A stretch of 64,000 bases of DNA from a virus. Taxonomy: Duplodnaviria; Heunggongvirae; Uroviricota; Caudoviricetes. Below are positions 27,602 to 37,209 of the stretch, in pieces. Location: IMG/VR virus record IMGVR_UViG_3300025162_000035; one strand, given 5' to 3'. Position numbers and translations under genes: made by a program. Under the pieces are notes generated by a model. That model saw nothing but the letters and a program-made list of their open reading frames with translations, had not been told where the DNA came from and made no database searches. Numbering within the stretch: position 1 is the first letter of the stretch; every line of letters begins with the position of its first letter.

Positions 27602-28480
27602 TTACAGTTTAGAGTGAATAGATTTAACAAAATCAATATGGTCCTTTGATTGCGGAACCCCAGCAAAATTTAACCTGAGGAACTGGGCAATTGTATCTTC
27701 ATCCGTAGTTGTTTGGGATAAAGTTGCATAAGAAAATTGCTGATGATTTGTAAACCGCTGCTGGGCACGTGTAGAAAGATCGGAAAAATAATTTCCACGA
27801 CTATCAGGATATTCACCAAGAACAAACCCACGTATGGCGTTCAGCCGCTGTTTTCCGTCAACTATATCAAAAAATGCAATATTGGTTGTATTACCTTTTT
27901 TGATTTCAGATTCAACGAATTCCCAACTACGCTCACGAATGAGAATTCTACCACATTCTATACCCATATAGACACTTTCGAGGAGAAGTTGATTATCTTC
28001 CAATGTCCACACGAAAGGTCGCTGGTAATGGAGCTTATTGCCATCCTTATCATAAACAAAAGGATTCCAATTAATCTCAGGTACATTCACACCAAGAATA
28101 ACAGTCGGATCAGTATCTTTTGTTCCAAGAACGTTTAAATTGAAAATAATAGATTCAAGTGTAAATGCTGTGAATTGAACGTTTCCTTTTTGGGAGACAA
28201 ATGGATTTTCTCCGATTTCCATTTCTGTGAGTCGTGTGTTTATATTTTCGATGTAAATGACAACTGGCACACCGAAAGCATATTCCAGTTCTCTAACTTC
28301 AACCTTCTGGTCATTTATAATCTTTGTGATTTCACAGGAATATATTCTACCAGTTGGGTTAGCTCTGATCCATTTGTCGGCAACATAAACTATGTCACCA
28401 ACGGTTGGCTTGGATGCTTCAAAAGCTTGAAGAAGTTTTTCTTTCTTATCGGATACAAGTTTGGTTTTTATCGTCATACT
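27602..28480 (-). CDS. DUF262 (ParB/GmrS-like NTPase-nuclease N-domain) protein; start at MTIKTKL
   Basis: Motifs YQRPFVW and DGKQRLNAI match the DUF262 QR...W / DGQQR signature. Track ORF 27602..28624 overlaps the upstream gene, so the start was trimmed to 28480. Confidence 0.6.
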   Translation of the reverse strand, partial: SMTIKTKLVSDKKEKLLQAFEASKPTVGDIVYVADKWIRANPTGRIYSCEITKIINDQKVEVRELEYAFGVPVVIYIENINTRLTEMEIGENPFVSQKGNVQFTAFTLESIIFNLNVLGTKDTDPTVILGVNVPEINWNPFVYDKDGNKLHYQRPFVWTLEDNQLLLESVYMGIECGRILIRERSWEFVESEIKKGNTTNIAFFDIVDGKQRLNAIRGFVLGEYPDSRGNYFSDLSTRAQQRFTNHQQFSYATLSQTTTDEDTIAQFLRLNFAGVPQSKDHIDFVKSIHSKL

Positions 28481-28481
28481 T

Positions 28482-29666
28482 TTAAAGTTTAAAATATTTA
28501 ATTGCCCACAGTGGTTTTTCAATATCTGGAATGTTACAAGCAGTAACACGGTGTTTTGCATATCCAAAATCCAAAAATCCTTTACCATGCTGACCATACT
28601 GATACAATGCTTGGATTTGTTCATCGGTTATCGGGATATTTGAATCATATCCACTGTAAATAACCCATTCATTATGAATTTTCACCCATCCCTCTTTATC
28701 AAGAATGTCGCAAGCATTACCCCTGATATGGGTTTCACCAAAATCTTTATCTTCGATGATACCAGCGTCCAGAAGTGCATCGGCAATCTGAATATGGAGA
28801 TTGTGCGCAATATCTCCATTGAGTGCATAATAAACACCTTTTGGTGAAATCCAGCCAGCAGATTTTGGCTCAGTAACTGAGCTTGGTTGGATTCCATGTT
28901 TCAGTTCACGATCAATATTGCGCTGAGATTCGATGTAACTGTCAACAGCACTAAATTTCTTAGAATCAGGATCACCTATTGCTTCAGCATATTTTACTTT
29001 ACGCTGGTCATCTTCCAGTTTAATTGTGACGAGATCAGCATTGAGAAGATACTCAAGTGAAAATTGCTCAATATACCCTCTTCTCATGGCACTTCCAACC
29101 TGATTGATATCTTGTGGAACTTCAAAATTGACAAAATTGACAATTGGAAGATCAGCAATTGATTTACCAATGTGATTACCAACGAACATAAGTTGCCTTA
29201 CAATAGCATCAAATTTTTCTTTCCGATGTATGTAGACCTTACGATCTTCTTCGAGTGATATAACATACCCATCCCAAATTTCGAACCCGCAGAAGCGATA
29301 TAATGCACCATTCTGTTCATCGGCATTCCCAAGAATCATAATTCTCCGCTGAAGTGATTGCAAATCACCAAGAGCATTGAAATACTGTCGGGCTAAACGG
29401 CTCCAAACTGATTCGACTGTCAATGGGATTCCAACAACATCAGAAACGGTGTTATCTTCTTCAACTCCGCAACCTTCGTCACTATCTCCAGTAACTTTCA
29501 GTTTACCTAAAACAATATCCCATGCCATATCATCTTTCATTCCAATCAAAGATTTTGTCAGGAATTCTACGGCATTTTTTGGAGTATCTTCAACAAAAAG
29601 ATTTCTGGCATGTTCTGTCATGAATTCGCCAGTTATTGTGAAATGGAGGGATTTTCTTTCGATCAT
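28482..29666 (-). CDS. hypothetical protein (about 394 aa), co-operonic partner of the DUF262 gene; GC-richer
   Basis: Intact ORF; the track start at 29702 uses a TTG codon lying in the promoter motif, so the likely start is MIERK at 29666; no known motif recognised. Confidence 0.5.
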   Translation of the reverse strand: MIERKSLHFTITGEFMTEHARNLFVEDTPKNAVEFLTKSLIGMKDDMAWDIVLGKLKVTGDSDEGCGVEEDNTVSDVVGIPLTVESVWSRLARQYFNALGDLQSLQRRIMILGNADEQNGALYRFCGFEIWDGYVISLEEDRKVYIHRKEKFDAIVRQLMFVGNHIGKSIADLPIVNFVNFEVPQDINQVGSAMRRGYIEQFSLEYLLNADLVTIKLEDDQRKVKYAEAIGDPDSKKFSAVDSYIESQRNIDRELKHGIQPSSVTEPKSAGWISPKGVYYALNGDIAHNLHIQIADALLDAGIIEDKDFGETHIRGNACDILDKEGWVKIHNEWVIYSGYDSNIPITDEQIQALYQYGQHGKGFLDFGYAKHRVTACNIPDIEKPLWAIKYFKL

Positions 29667-29690
29667 ATAGATGAGGTTTAGAATTAGACT

Positions 29691-29745
29691 ACAAATATAC
29701 AAACATTATACGAGAAAAAAAAATTATACGAGAAAAATTATTAAC
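29691..29745 (-). promoter_or_regulatory. promoter-like element (duplicated T-tract/CTCGTATAA plus TTGTATATTTGT)
   Basis: Minus-strand reading ...TTTTTTTTTCTCGTATAATGTTTGTATATTTGTAGTC, 24 nt before ATG(MIERK). Confidence 0.45.
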
Positions 29746-29867
29746 ATTTATGATAATCCCCCCAATAAGGAGTCCCACACTTTGAACAAAAGTGTCTGGA
29801 ATCTTCTTCTTTTTTCTTATCTTCTTTATCACGATTCCTTCTGCGTCTTGCAGCATTAGTTTTCTTA
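29730..29867 (-). CDS. small basic putative zinc-binding protein (about 45 aa; below the track cutoff)
   Basis: MSKKTNAARRRRNRDKEDKKKEEDSRHFCSKCGTPYWGDYHKC; its ATG overlaps the FDL* stop of the upstream gene (CTATGA). Confidence 0.3.
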
Positions 29868-29868
29868 C

Positions 29869-30348
29869 TCATAGATCAAATTTTTTGGTATTATATTTTA
29901 CTTGAGCGATTTTTATTTTTGTTGTGATATAACTGTAAAGATTGTTTTTTTCAAGTTCTGTGCGTTTTTCAATTGGAATAAGACTGATGAAATGAATAAT
30001 TTCTTCAAGCCCATTAAATGTCATTTTATCGCTTTTGAAATTAAAATCCATTTCGAATTTTTCAAAAATATAGAATCGGTCCTCAGTAACTGCCTTGGCG
30101 TACTTTTTTAAATCTGGGAGGTTCGCCATAATCATGGCTTCAAATTGCTTGTGCAAGTGCCAAAGAAAATTTTCTTCCATATTATCAAATACCCCAGTTC
30201 CAGCGTAATCTTCTTTGTTTTGCTTCATGTATCCGACAAACCAAGTTTCTGGGTCAATATCAAATCTGGCGCATAATTGACTAATGCTGGCAATTTGCTT
30301 ACCATAATTCTTATCAATCCACCCGTTGAAAAATTCTTTAAATTCCAT
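29869..30348 (-). CDS. dispersed paralog-family member (159 aa), C-terminus NTKKFDL
   Basis: C-terminal K-x-F-D-L motif and the same overlapping junction design. Confidence 0.5.
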   Translation of the reverse strand: MEFKEFFNGWIDKNYGKQIASISQLCARFDIDPETWFVGYMKQNKEDYAGTGVFDNMEENFLWHLHKQFEAMIMANLPDLKKYAKAVTEDRFYIFEKFEMDFNFKSDKMTFNGLEEIIHFISLIPIEKRTELEKNNLYSYITTKIKIAQVKYNTKKFDL

Positions 30349-30349
30349 T

Positions 30350-30577
30350 TTATTTGATTTGTGAGAAATGATCTGGCTTGAAATATGTGTAACCTTTCTT
30401 GTTGAGTTCCTTTACCGCAAATGCGAATGAGGATTCGATGTGCTTAATGCGTGAAATGTCATTTTTTAAAAGCTCTACGCAAACATTTAACATTTTCTTG
30501 CTGGCTTCATTCATTGAAAAATTGCTCTTCGGATTTAAATCGCAACCGATTTGGAATAACTGATCTGATAGTAACAT
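30350..30577 (-). CDS. small hypothetical protein (75 aa)
   Basis: ORF track. Confidence 0.35.
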   Translation of the reverse strand: MLLSDQLFQIGCDLNPKSNFSMNEASKKMLNVCVELLKNDISRIKHIESSFAFAVKELNKKGYTYFKPDHFSQIK

Positions 30578-30662
30578 AGGCTTTAGATTTTGAGATTAAT
30601 ATTTGGTGAATTACTATACGATTCGGTTGCACCCCCGTCTAAGACTGGAAGTACCCCCGTCC

Positions 30663-30914
30663 TTATTTGAAATTTGATTCTATGTTTTCTGGTGTAGCTT
30701 CAACAGCTTCCCTAAAATCTACCATTGATTTAGGATCGCCATTATTATCAAACTCAATAGTACGGGCTTTACAAGATGTAATAACACCTGTTCGGGGGAA
30801 GTAATATCCACGACCAGACTTGTCAATATCCCTGTTGAAGAGATAGATTATTCTTTTTCCGATGAAGTTCTTCAGTTCGGATTTCTGAATTTGGGTTCCA
30901 GTTAAATATGCCAT
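30663..30914 (-). CDS. small hypothetical protein (83 aa)
   Basis: ORF track. Confidence 0.4.
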   Translation of the reverse strand: MAYLTGTQIQKSELKNFIGKRIIYLFNRDIDKSGRGYYFPRTGVITSCKARTIEFDNNGDPKSMVDFREAVEATPENIESNFK

Positions 30915-30915
30915 A

Positions 30916-31432
30916 TTATTTGGAATTAATAATGTTCATAATTGCAGTGAGTTGCTCATGAGTCAAGGTGTCAATGGATTTCCTGACATCATCCTTCATT
31001 TTATTGATTTCACTGTTTAGCCGCCATTTGGCTGATATTTCTTTGGCTTCATCATCGGAAATAATTTCGCAGCGGCTAACGGAACCCATATCCATTCTAC
31101 TTGAGCCAACTCCCCGACCACTACCAGTGAAATCAAACAACGTAGGCTCATCCCCAATTTTGAATGATGTTTTAGTAACTTTGGTTATTTTACTGATTGA
31201 ATCTTTTTGGGAGTAGCTCATTCCATGAGTCCATAGAACGTATTTTCCGACAAGCTTTTCGTGATGACCATCAAATGAACGAAAAGTAACAGTAATTGAA
31301 TTTTCATCAGCGAAAGATATTCCACCACCACCATCAAATTCTACGATGCACTGGCTACCTTCACCATAACGCTGAAATGTACCATGTTTGCCATCTACTG
31401 TGATTCTGTCTCCGAAATTAAGATTTTTCATA
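30916..31432 (-). CDS. hypothetical protein (about 172 aa from MKNLNFGDRITVDGK)
   Basis: The track ORF extends through the terminator and promoter; the internal ATG at 31432 lies 22 nt after the promoter motif. Confidence 0.45.
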
Positions 31433-31454
31433 TGGAATATTTTAGTTTGACTCT

Positions 31455-31490
31455 GCAAATATATAAACATTCTTCGAATAAAAAAAATTT
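31455..31490 (-). promoter_or_regulatory. promoter-like element (T-tract plus TTTATATATTTGCAGAG)
   Basis: Same bipartite motif on the minus strand. Confidence 0.45.
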
Positions 31491-31496
31491 TAGTTA

Positions 31497-31526
31497 AAAA
31501 AAATCCCCCGATGTCGGGGGATTTTA
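31497..31526. terminator. bidirectional intrinsic terminator
   Basis: AAAAAAATCCCCCGATGTCGGGGGATTTTAATT: 5-GC stem flanked by an A-run and a T-run, 20 nt after the stop of the SPFH gene. Confidence 0.6.
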
Positions 31527-31546
31527 ATTCACATGGCAAATGGCAT

Positions 31547-32440
31547 TTATTTGTGTGCGCCATTTGTTGTATCAGGTGTGCTGACTTTCTTTGGTGCAGC
31601 GGGTGCCCTGCCACCTCCGCCAGTTTCGACAGGTAATGTTGCTGGAATTCCACCGAAAATGATTGTTACATTGGTGTGATCCTTGATCAACTCAACCTTT
31701 TCCTTTTCAATTTCAAGCTGTCTTAAGTGCAAATATTCACCTATTGACATTCCCATTGAACTCTGGTATGCTTTATCCGCAATAGCCTTCTTTGTTTCGG
31801 CAGCAGCTCGTGCATCTTCAGCTTTTGCTCTTGCGCCTTGCGTAAGGATACTTTGATTCTGCGCAGCGGTCAATTTTGTTTCTGTAAGAACCTGTTCGGG
31901 CGGGGTAATTGCACCAATAGAAACCTGAACAACTGATATTGGAAGTCCCATCTTTACGCAAAAATCCGTAATTTCTTTAAATATCTCTTTTTCAAGCTGT
32001 TCTGAAATTTCACGTTTACTTGCTAAATCGAACATTTTGAAAACACATGCTTTATCACGGACCATTGTACGGAAAGGTGCTTGTAGGTTATTTTTGTACC
32101 ATTCAACTCCAAAATGCTGGTGTAGATAAGGAGTCTTGCCTGATATAACCTGAATTCTCAAATACACAGAAAATGAAATTGGTGTATTATCGGATGGAAT
32201 CATGTTACTGAAATCTTCAGTGAACGTAAGTGGTGTAATTGTATACAACTGGCTTTCAGTAGTCCACACACACCATTCAGCTCCTGTTTGAACAGGCACT
32301 GGATCAACGCCCCCATGCCCGAAAAGGTATGGTTTGTAAGTTAGTACAGCTTCTTCGCCAGCGTTTGGCTGAACCCGATAGCAACTTGTTAAGCTTGTAA
32401 GCGTAAGCGCAAGTACAATCATTAAATAGATTTTTTTCAT
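31547..32440 (-). CDS. SPFH/band-7 (prohibitin/HflC-like) lipoprotein
   Basis: Signal plus lipobox LTSLTSC; SPFH-like core with an Ala/Glu/Lys-rich coiled-coil (ARAKAEDARAAAETKKAIADKA); GC-richer. Confidence 0.65.
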   Translation of the reverse strand: MKKIYLMIVLALTLTSLTSCYRVQPNAGEEAVLTYKPYLFGHGGVDPVPVQTGAEWCVWTTESQLYTITPLTFTEDFSNMIPSDNTPISFSVYLRIQVISGKTPYLHQHFGVEWYKNNLQAPFRTMVRDKACVFKMFDLASKREISEQLEKEIFKEITDFCVKMGLPISVVQVSIGAITPPEQVLTETKLTAAQNQSILTQGARAKAEDARAAAETKKAIADKAYQSSMGMSIGEYLHLRQLEIEKEKVELIKDHTNVTIIFGGIPATLPVETGGGGRAPAAPKKVSTPDTTNGAHK

Positions 32441-32472
32441 TTTTGATTGGGATTAAGTTAATAATAGGTGAA

Positions 32473-32667
32473 TTATAAATTATCTTTTTTTGGAGTATTT
32501 TGTTTTATCCAAAGTTTTAGTTTTTCAACTTCAGCATCAGCTCTTCGTTTTTGTTCATTCCTGACCCATTCATCAATATCATATTTAAATTTATCAAGAA
32601 TAAACTTATTTACAATTACTATAATTGCGACTCCTACAAGAAGGACTAATATTGCTTGCCACCACAT
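32473..32667 (-). CDS. small single-TM protein (64 aa)
   Basis: MWWQAILVLLVGVAIIVIV... Confidence 0.4.
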   Translation of the reverse strand: MWWQAILVLLVGVAIIVIVNKFILDKFKYDIDEWVRNEQKRRADAEVEKLKLWIKQNTPKKDNL

Positions 32668-32909
32668 ATTTTTTTATTACGTTTTTAAATTTCTAAAACA
32701 AAGATAAATTAAATATTTGTTAAAAAAAAATAATCTTAAAAATAATTGTGTTTGATATCCAACGAAGTACCAAAATTGGATGGAAAAGTGTTATTTTTTG
32801 AAAATATATAGTTGTGATGATGATTTTTTCACTACCCAAAACACAAATAGCCGTAATTGTTTTTCAAGAATAGTTACGGCTATTTTGTTTAAAAAATAAA
32901 ACAAACTAT

Positions 32910-33668
32910 ATGGCTAATAGAAGAAAAGGAAGTAGTTACCTACTGGATCAAGATTTCGATGTTGATACAATTTTAAACAAGAAACAAGATACAATTGTTC
33001 ATAGGCGGGGGAACATCGAACAGTTATTGAGGGGAGTTAAACTAAAATGCAAAAATCAAAAACAAAAAGAATTTGTCAATTTAATTGAATCCAATGAGAT
33101 TACTATTTGTATCGGTGATTCTGGCGTTGGGAAATCTTATTTATCATTAATAAAAGCATTGGAATTGTTAAAAGACCCTAATAAAGGGTACCAACAGATT
33201 TTTATTATAACACCAATTGTTGAAGTTGAAGATTCAATTGGATTTTTAAAGGGGAGCTTAACAGAAAAATTGGACCCATATCTTTATTCAATATATTATT
33301 TGATTGATAAAATGATTGGTGAAGAAGCAAGAAAAAAGCTCGTGGAAATGGAAGTCATCAAACCATTATGTATTAGTTATCTCAGAGGAGTAAATATTGA
33401 CAATTCAATTATGATCAGTGATGAAACCCAAAATATGACAATTAAGGGGATTAAAACATTGCTAACCAGAATTGGCTTTAATTCAAAATTTATTTTATCT
33501 GGGGATATTAATCAAATTGATCGTTTTAAAAATGAAGATGAGTCTGGATTGAAATACGCATATGACAATTTAAATGATGTTGAGGGGGTTGGCGTATTTA
33601 AATTTGGTAAAGAAGATATAGTTAGAAATAAAATAATTGGATTGATTTTGGATAAGTTCAAGAAATAA
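32910..33668 (+). CDS. phoH: PhoH-like ATPase
   Basis: Walker A ICIGDSGVGKSYLSL and overall PhoH-like layout. Confidence 0.8.
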   Translation: MANRRKGSSYLLDQDFDVDTILNKKQDTIVHRRGNIEQLLRGVKLKCKNQKQKEFVNLIESNEITICIGDSGVGKSYLSLIKALELLKDPNKGYQQIFIITPIVEVEDSIGFLKGSLTEKLDPYLYSIYYLIDKMIGEEARKKLVEMEVIKPLCISYLRGVNIDNSIMISDETQNMTIKGIKTLLTRIGFNSKFILSGDINQIDRFKNEDESGLKYAYDNLNDVEGVGVFKFGKEDIVRNKIIGLILDKFKK

Positions 33669-33670
33669 AA

Positions 33671-33694
33671 AAGAGGGTTGCGTCCAACCCTCTT
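33671..33694 (+). terminator. hairpin terminator after phoH
   Basis: AGAGGGTTGCGTCCAACCCTCT, 9-bp stem. Confidence 0.5.
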
Positions 33695-33759
33695 AGTCTA
33701 CTGGTGCTTTATTGGCATCACGTTAGTAGGGAACGTATCTTAGTATTTTTAAAGAAGGC

Positions 33760-33784
33760 TGGTCAACCCAGCCTTCTTCGTTTC
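33760..33784 (-). terminator. hairpin terminator for the convergent minus-strand genes
   Basis: GAAGGCTGGTCAACCCAGCCTTC, 9-bp stem. Confidence 0.5.
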
Positions 33785-33866
33785 CCAATGGAATCGAACC
33801 ATTCGTAATGATACATAAATATCATTCTTGCTTTCGTGGCTTATACACCTTATAAAAGAAACGATC

Positions 33867-34253
33867 TTAATCCCATGAGGATGTATCTTCTGAATTCTGA
33901 TGAATGTAATAACGACTATAAATATACCTACGCAATTCACGCAAATCTTTTGTAGCTGATTCTAATGACACTTTAAATGTTCCAACCAGATACTGTTTGT
34001 TCTTATACGGTGGAATTAATTTCTTATACATATCAATATCCCATTTTAAACGTTGAATCATATCTTTGATTGAGACTGGGGTAAACCAATTTCCAGTTAT
34101 TGGAGTTGATATAATATTAGTGCCAGCGTATATGACAAATCTATCTAATCTCTCCATTAGAGAATAGTTAAATTCTATCATCTTGCAGTTGCACTGATAT
34201 TCCAATTTTTCAATATAATCAATATTTTCAAATCTTATAATGCGTGGTATCAT
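33867..34253 (-). CDS. hypothetical protein (128 aa)
   Basis: ORF track. Confidence 0.4.
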   Translation of the reverse strand: MIPRIIRFENIDYIEKLEYQCNCKMIEFNYSLMERLDRFVIYAGTNIISTPITGNWFTPVSIKDMIQRLKWDIDMYKKLIPPYKNKQYLVGTFKVSLESATKDLRELRRYIYSRYYIHQNSEDTSSWD

Positions 34254-34513
34254 AGGTTTAAGTTTTTAATTTTTAGCCGATATTCGCCAATTCTACATTT
34301 TGTATTACCATGCTCAATTTGAGTATGTGCAAAGCATGGGGTTTCTTTATACCACGGATAATTGTGAACTTTGCACATATTATTTTCATCCAAATGCTGG
34401 CACCTACCATCTTCTTTGCCTTTCAAATTGCCATCAATTATTCCAAGTTCTGGATTATCTATAATGACAACCAGTAATTCTGTACAGCAATATCCGCAAT
34501 GTAAACAAATCAT
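34250..34513 (-). CDS. small Cys-rich protein (87 aa; CxxCC...C...C)
   Basis: MICLHCGYCC...CQHL...CKVH...CFAH...C. Confidence 0.4.
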   Translation of the reverse strand: MICLHCGYCCTELLVVIIDNPELGIIDGNLKGKEDGRCQHLDENNMCKVHNYPWYKETPCFAHTQIEHGNTKCRIGEYRLKIKNLNL

Positions 34514-34514
34514 A

Positions 34515-35405
34515 TTAGTGATTATTAGGTTCTACGTGAATTGTGACAATTGAAAATTGATCATATTCTATAATTTTTTTCTCAAGATTTTCTGATATAT
34601 CATGAGCATCAACAAGTGTTAATGATCCATCTACATGAATAGTGGCATCTATCATTAGCTGGTGTCCAGATTGGCGAATTCTCAAATCGTGATATTCAAT
34701 TACATCTGGAAAATGTTTAATAATTTTTTCAATGTCCTTACTTTCTTTAACTGGTACTTTATCCAATAATGCATTAACAGCCCTCATTCCAAGACTCCAA
34801 GACACATAAATGACAAGTACTGCCACCATAAGGGCCGCAATGCTGTCAGCATAGTAAAATGCTGTAATACCAGTCCATTTTCCAATTGATACGCAAACGA
34901 GCCCAATTAATACTACGGCAGAACTCCATATATCAGTTGAAAAATGTAATGCGTCAGCTTCAAGTGCTTGGCTCTTATGTTTTTTGGCAACTCTACTCAA
35001 CTTTCGTGATCTCCAAATATCAATCGTAATTGAAGTTATAATTACAATATAACTGAAAGGGTTTACTTTAATAATTAATGCATCACCACCCAAAGTTAAT
35101 CTATGGATCGCTTCGTATACAATCCAAACGCATGTAGCCAGTAATAAAAAAGTTTCAATTAATGCTGAGAAATTTTCAACTTTACCGTGCCCATAGTGAT
35201 GATCGCTATCTGAAGGTTTGGATGATATTCTTATTGCGAAAAGTGTTACAACAGCGGCAACCAGATCAAGGCTGGAATGTAACGCTTCAGCTTTAATTCC
35301 AAGGCTGCCCGTTAAAATTCCAATGGTAGCCTTAAATGTTGTTAAAAAAATAGCAGCTAAAACACTGATAAGAGCAACCTGATTTTTTTCTTTTTCTTTC
35401 GTCAT
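34515..35405 (-). CDS. cation diffusion facilitator (CDF) family metal efflux transporter
   Basis: Six TM segments, HSSLDLVAAVV, HHYGHGKVENF, HFSTDIWSS, cytoplasmic C-domain. The track start MYICS is a TTG artefact, so the start is MTKEKEK. Confidence 0.8.
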   Translation of the reverse strand: MTKEKEKNQVALISVLAAIFLTTFKATIGILTGSLGIKAEALHSSLDLVAAVVTLFAIRISSKPSDSDHHYGHGKVENFSALIETFLLLATCVWIVYEAIHRLTLGGDALIIKVNPFSYIVIITSITIDIWRSRKLSRVAKKHKSQALEADALHFSTDIWSSAVVLIGLVCVSIGKWTGITAFYYADSIAALMVAVLVIYVSWSLGMRAVNALLDKVPVKESKDIEKIIKHFPDVIEYHDLRIRQSGHQLMIDATIHVDGSLTLVDAHDISENLEKKIIEYDQFSIVTIHVEPNNH

Positions 35406-35423
35406 ATGGATATGAATTGGACT

Positions 35424-35458
35424 ACAAATATACAAACATATTATGAGAAAAAAAAATC
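35424..35458 (-). promoter_or_regulatory. promoter-like element (T-tract plus TTGTATATTTGT)
   Basis: 18 nt upstream of ATG(MTKEKEK). Confidence 0.45.
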
Positions 35459-35828
35459 AGATGACCTTATTTTTAAGTAATTCTGAAATATATTTTGAGA
35501 TTGTGTCTATCAATATATCCTTAGTCATCCCTAAGAAAAGCTGATAATTTAAATCATCAATATCTTCATCTGAAGGATCAGGGGTTGGTATATCGGAGTT
35601 TTTTGTGAAATATTCTTCAAATGTAAATATTATAATTGTTATAATTGTTTTTACGGCACCTTTTCTGGAATGCTTCATTATTATTTCAACTCCGTCAACA
35701 ACATTTTTTATTGATATGACAGTAGCTTCATTAACATCGATATTTTCGAAGTTAGATTTTAACATCGGTTTGTTTATAATGAAAGATATATAGACAATAT
35801 CACCAATTTCCAAATCTTGCCACGTCAT
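35457..35828 (-). CDS. hypothetical protein (123 aa)
   Basis: ORF track. Confidence 0.4.
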   Translation of the reverse strand: MTWQDLEIGDIVYISFIINKPMLKSNFENIDVNEATVISIKNVVDGVEIIMKHSRKGAVKTIITIIIFTFEEYFTKNSDIPTPDPSDEDIDDLNYQLFLGMTKDILIDTISKYISELLKNKVI

Positions 35829-36304
35829 ATTTTACCGATTAAAAAGTTTATAAATGCAATAGAATCAAGCTGGTAGTACATGTAATTTATAACTGCCAGT
35901 GTCAGTAAAATTATCGATAATACCGAATCTATAGAAAATAGAAAATTTCTTATTTTGAAGCTTTTCTTGAATATACGTTTAGATAGTTCATGAAGGAGCA
36001 TCAAAACAATTACCCCAGCAAAAAATATATAATTGTACGTGAATAATCCAATGATCAGACATATGAAATAAAATAACTGAAAAAATGCATGTTTCAGGGT
36101 ATTTATCATAAATTTGCTTGGAGTGTGCTTTTTCCACTTGACTTTTATTTGATCCTTATATTTTGAGTAGATTTCAAGCGTCCTGTAGTACACCTTATTT
36201 TGAATTATGCACTGGATTTCATAAGCTATCAATATTGTTATTAACAGATAGAATACCATATTAAATATTTTTAGATTAAGCCCAAAGTTACAAAGATTTT
36301 TCAA
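35825..36304 (-). CDS. polytopic membrane protein (159 aa)
   Basis: Four hydrophobic segments. Confidence 0.45.
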   Translation of the reverse strand: MKNLCNFGLNLKIFNMVFYLLITILIAYEIQCIIQNKVYYRTLEIYSKYKDQIKVKWKKHTPSKFMINTLKHAFFQLFYFICLIIGLFTYNYIFFAGVIVLMLLHELSKRIFKKSFKIRNFLFSIDSVLSIILLTLAVINYMYYQLDSIAFINFLIGKI

Positions 36305-36334
36305 ACAAAAAAATAATTATAAACTATTATTTGT

Positions 36335-36706
36335 ATGGCTAAACAAAGAATTCAAATTAAAGGAATTGGTGGTGATAATATGCTACTATTAAAGTATATA
36401 ATTCAAATAAAGATTGATGGGGTAGTTTATTATAAATCTTCAGCCTTATTGGAGTTGGGCTCAGCCCAAAAATTCTATAAATTTATCAATAAAAATAGAA
36501 TGCAAATAGAATGGCTTAATTATATTGATCCATTCAGAAATCAAAAATTTAGAATTCATTTGTGTGAATTGAAAGTTCATAATGAATCTGGACCAGCTAT
36601 TATAGATTGGTATGGTGATCATTATATGTTAAATGGAATACATTATAAAAAACATGATTGGATTATAAAACTCAGGAAGGAAAAATTACTTAAGCTTGGC
36701 GGATAA
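36335..36706 (+). CDS. small protein of the Lys-rich-C-terminus family (...IIKLRKEKLLKLGG*)
   Basis: C-terminal motif. Confidence 0.45.
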   Translation: MAKQRIQIKGIGGDNMLLLKYIIQIKIDGVVYYKSSALLELGSAQKFYKFINKNRMQIEWLNYIDPFRNQKFRIHLCELKVHNESGPAIIDWYGDHYMLNGIHYKKHDWIIKLRKEKLLKLGG

Positions 36707-36885
36707 TTTTGTTTTGAATTTATCATCTCTCAGCACACTATAAAATTTATATTTTTTATTTGACATAATATCAACCAATAGCCAAATATCATTTAAATTA
36801 TCATGTGCTATCTCATACTTAATTTTTGGTTTCCATAAAATCATGTCAAATTGCCCAAGTATATTTCCAACTATATATTAAAATG

Positions 36886-37209
36886 TTATTGTGATTTTTT
36901 GATTTTTTCCAATTTAATACGTCTTTCTTCGGTTAAAGACGTGAAGAATTTATTGTAAAATGGACCGCCAGAACTTTCACAACTATATGCGAATGGGCAA
37001 ATTCGGCACAGTCCTGTCATTTTCTTTCTAATAAATTGCTCAAGAGTAAACTCGACCGTACCGATATAATATCCAGATGGCGTACAATCGATTGATGCAA
37101 CACCGTCATAGACACTAACGATCTTATATCGTTGACCTTTTTTAAAGAATTTTTTTTTCTTAACGGAATAATCTTTAATGCAAAAAACCGTATCACCTTG
37201 TTTGATCAT
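36886..37209 (-). CDS. small protein of the Lys-rich-C-terminus family (VFCIKDYS...FKKGQRYKIVSV...EERRIKLEKIKKSQ*)
   Basis: N-terminal V-x-C-x-K-D-Y core and C-terminal motif; ATGA overlap with the RNA ligase gene. Confidence 0.45.
   Translation of the reverse strand: MIKQGDTVFCIKDYSVKKKKFFKKGQRYKIVSVYDGVASIDCTPSGYYIGTVEFTLEQFIRKKMTGLCRICPFAYSCESSGGPFYNKFFTSLTEERRIKLEKIKKSQ

Noticed and set aside
28482-29702. N-terminal extensions 'MYICS...' of genes 28482..29702 and 34515..35435
   Set aside because: Both come from a TTG pseudo-start that translates the conserved promoter motif ACAAATATACAA in reverse. The real starts are the downstream ATGs (MIERK, MTKEKEK).
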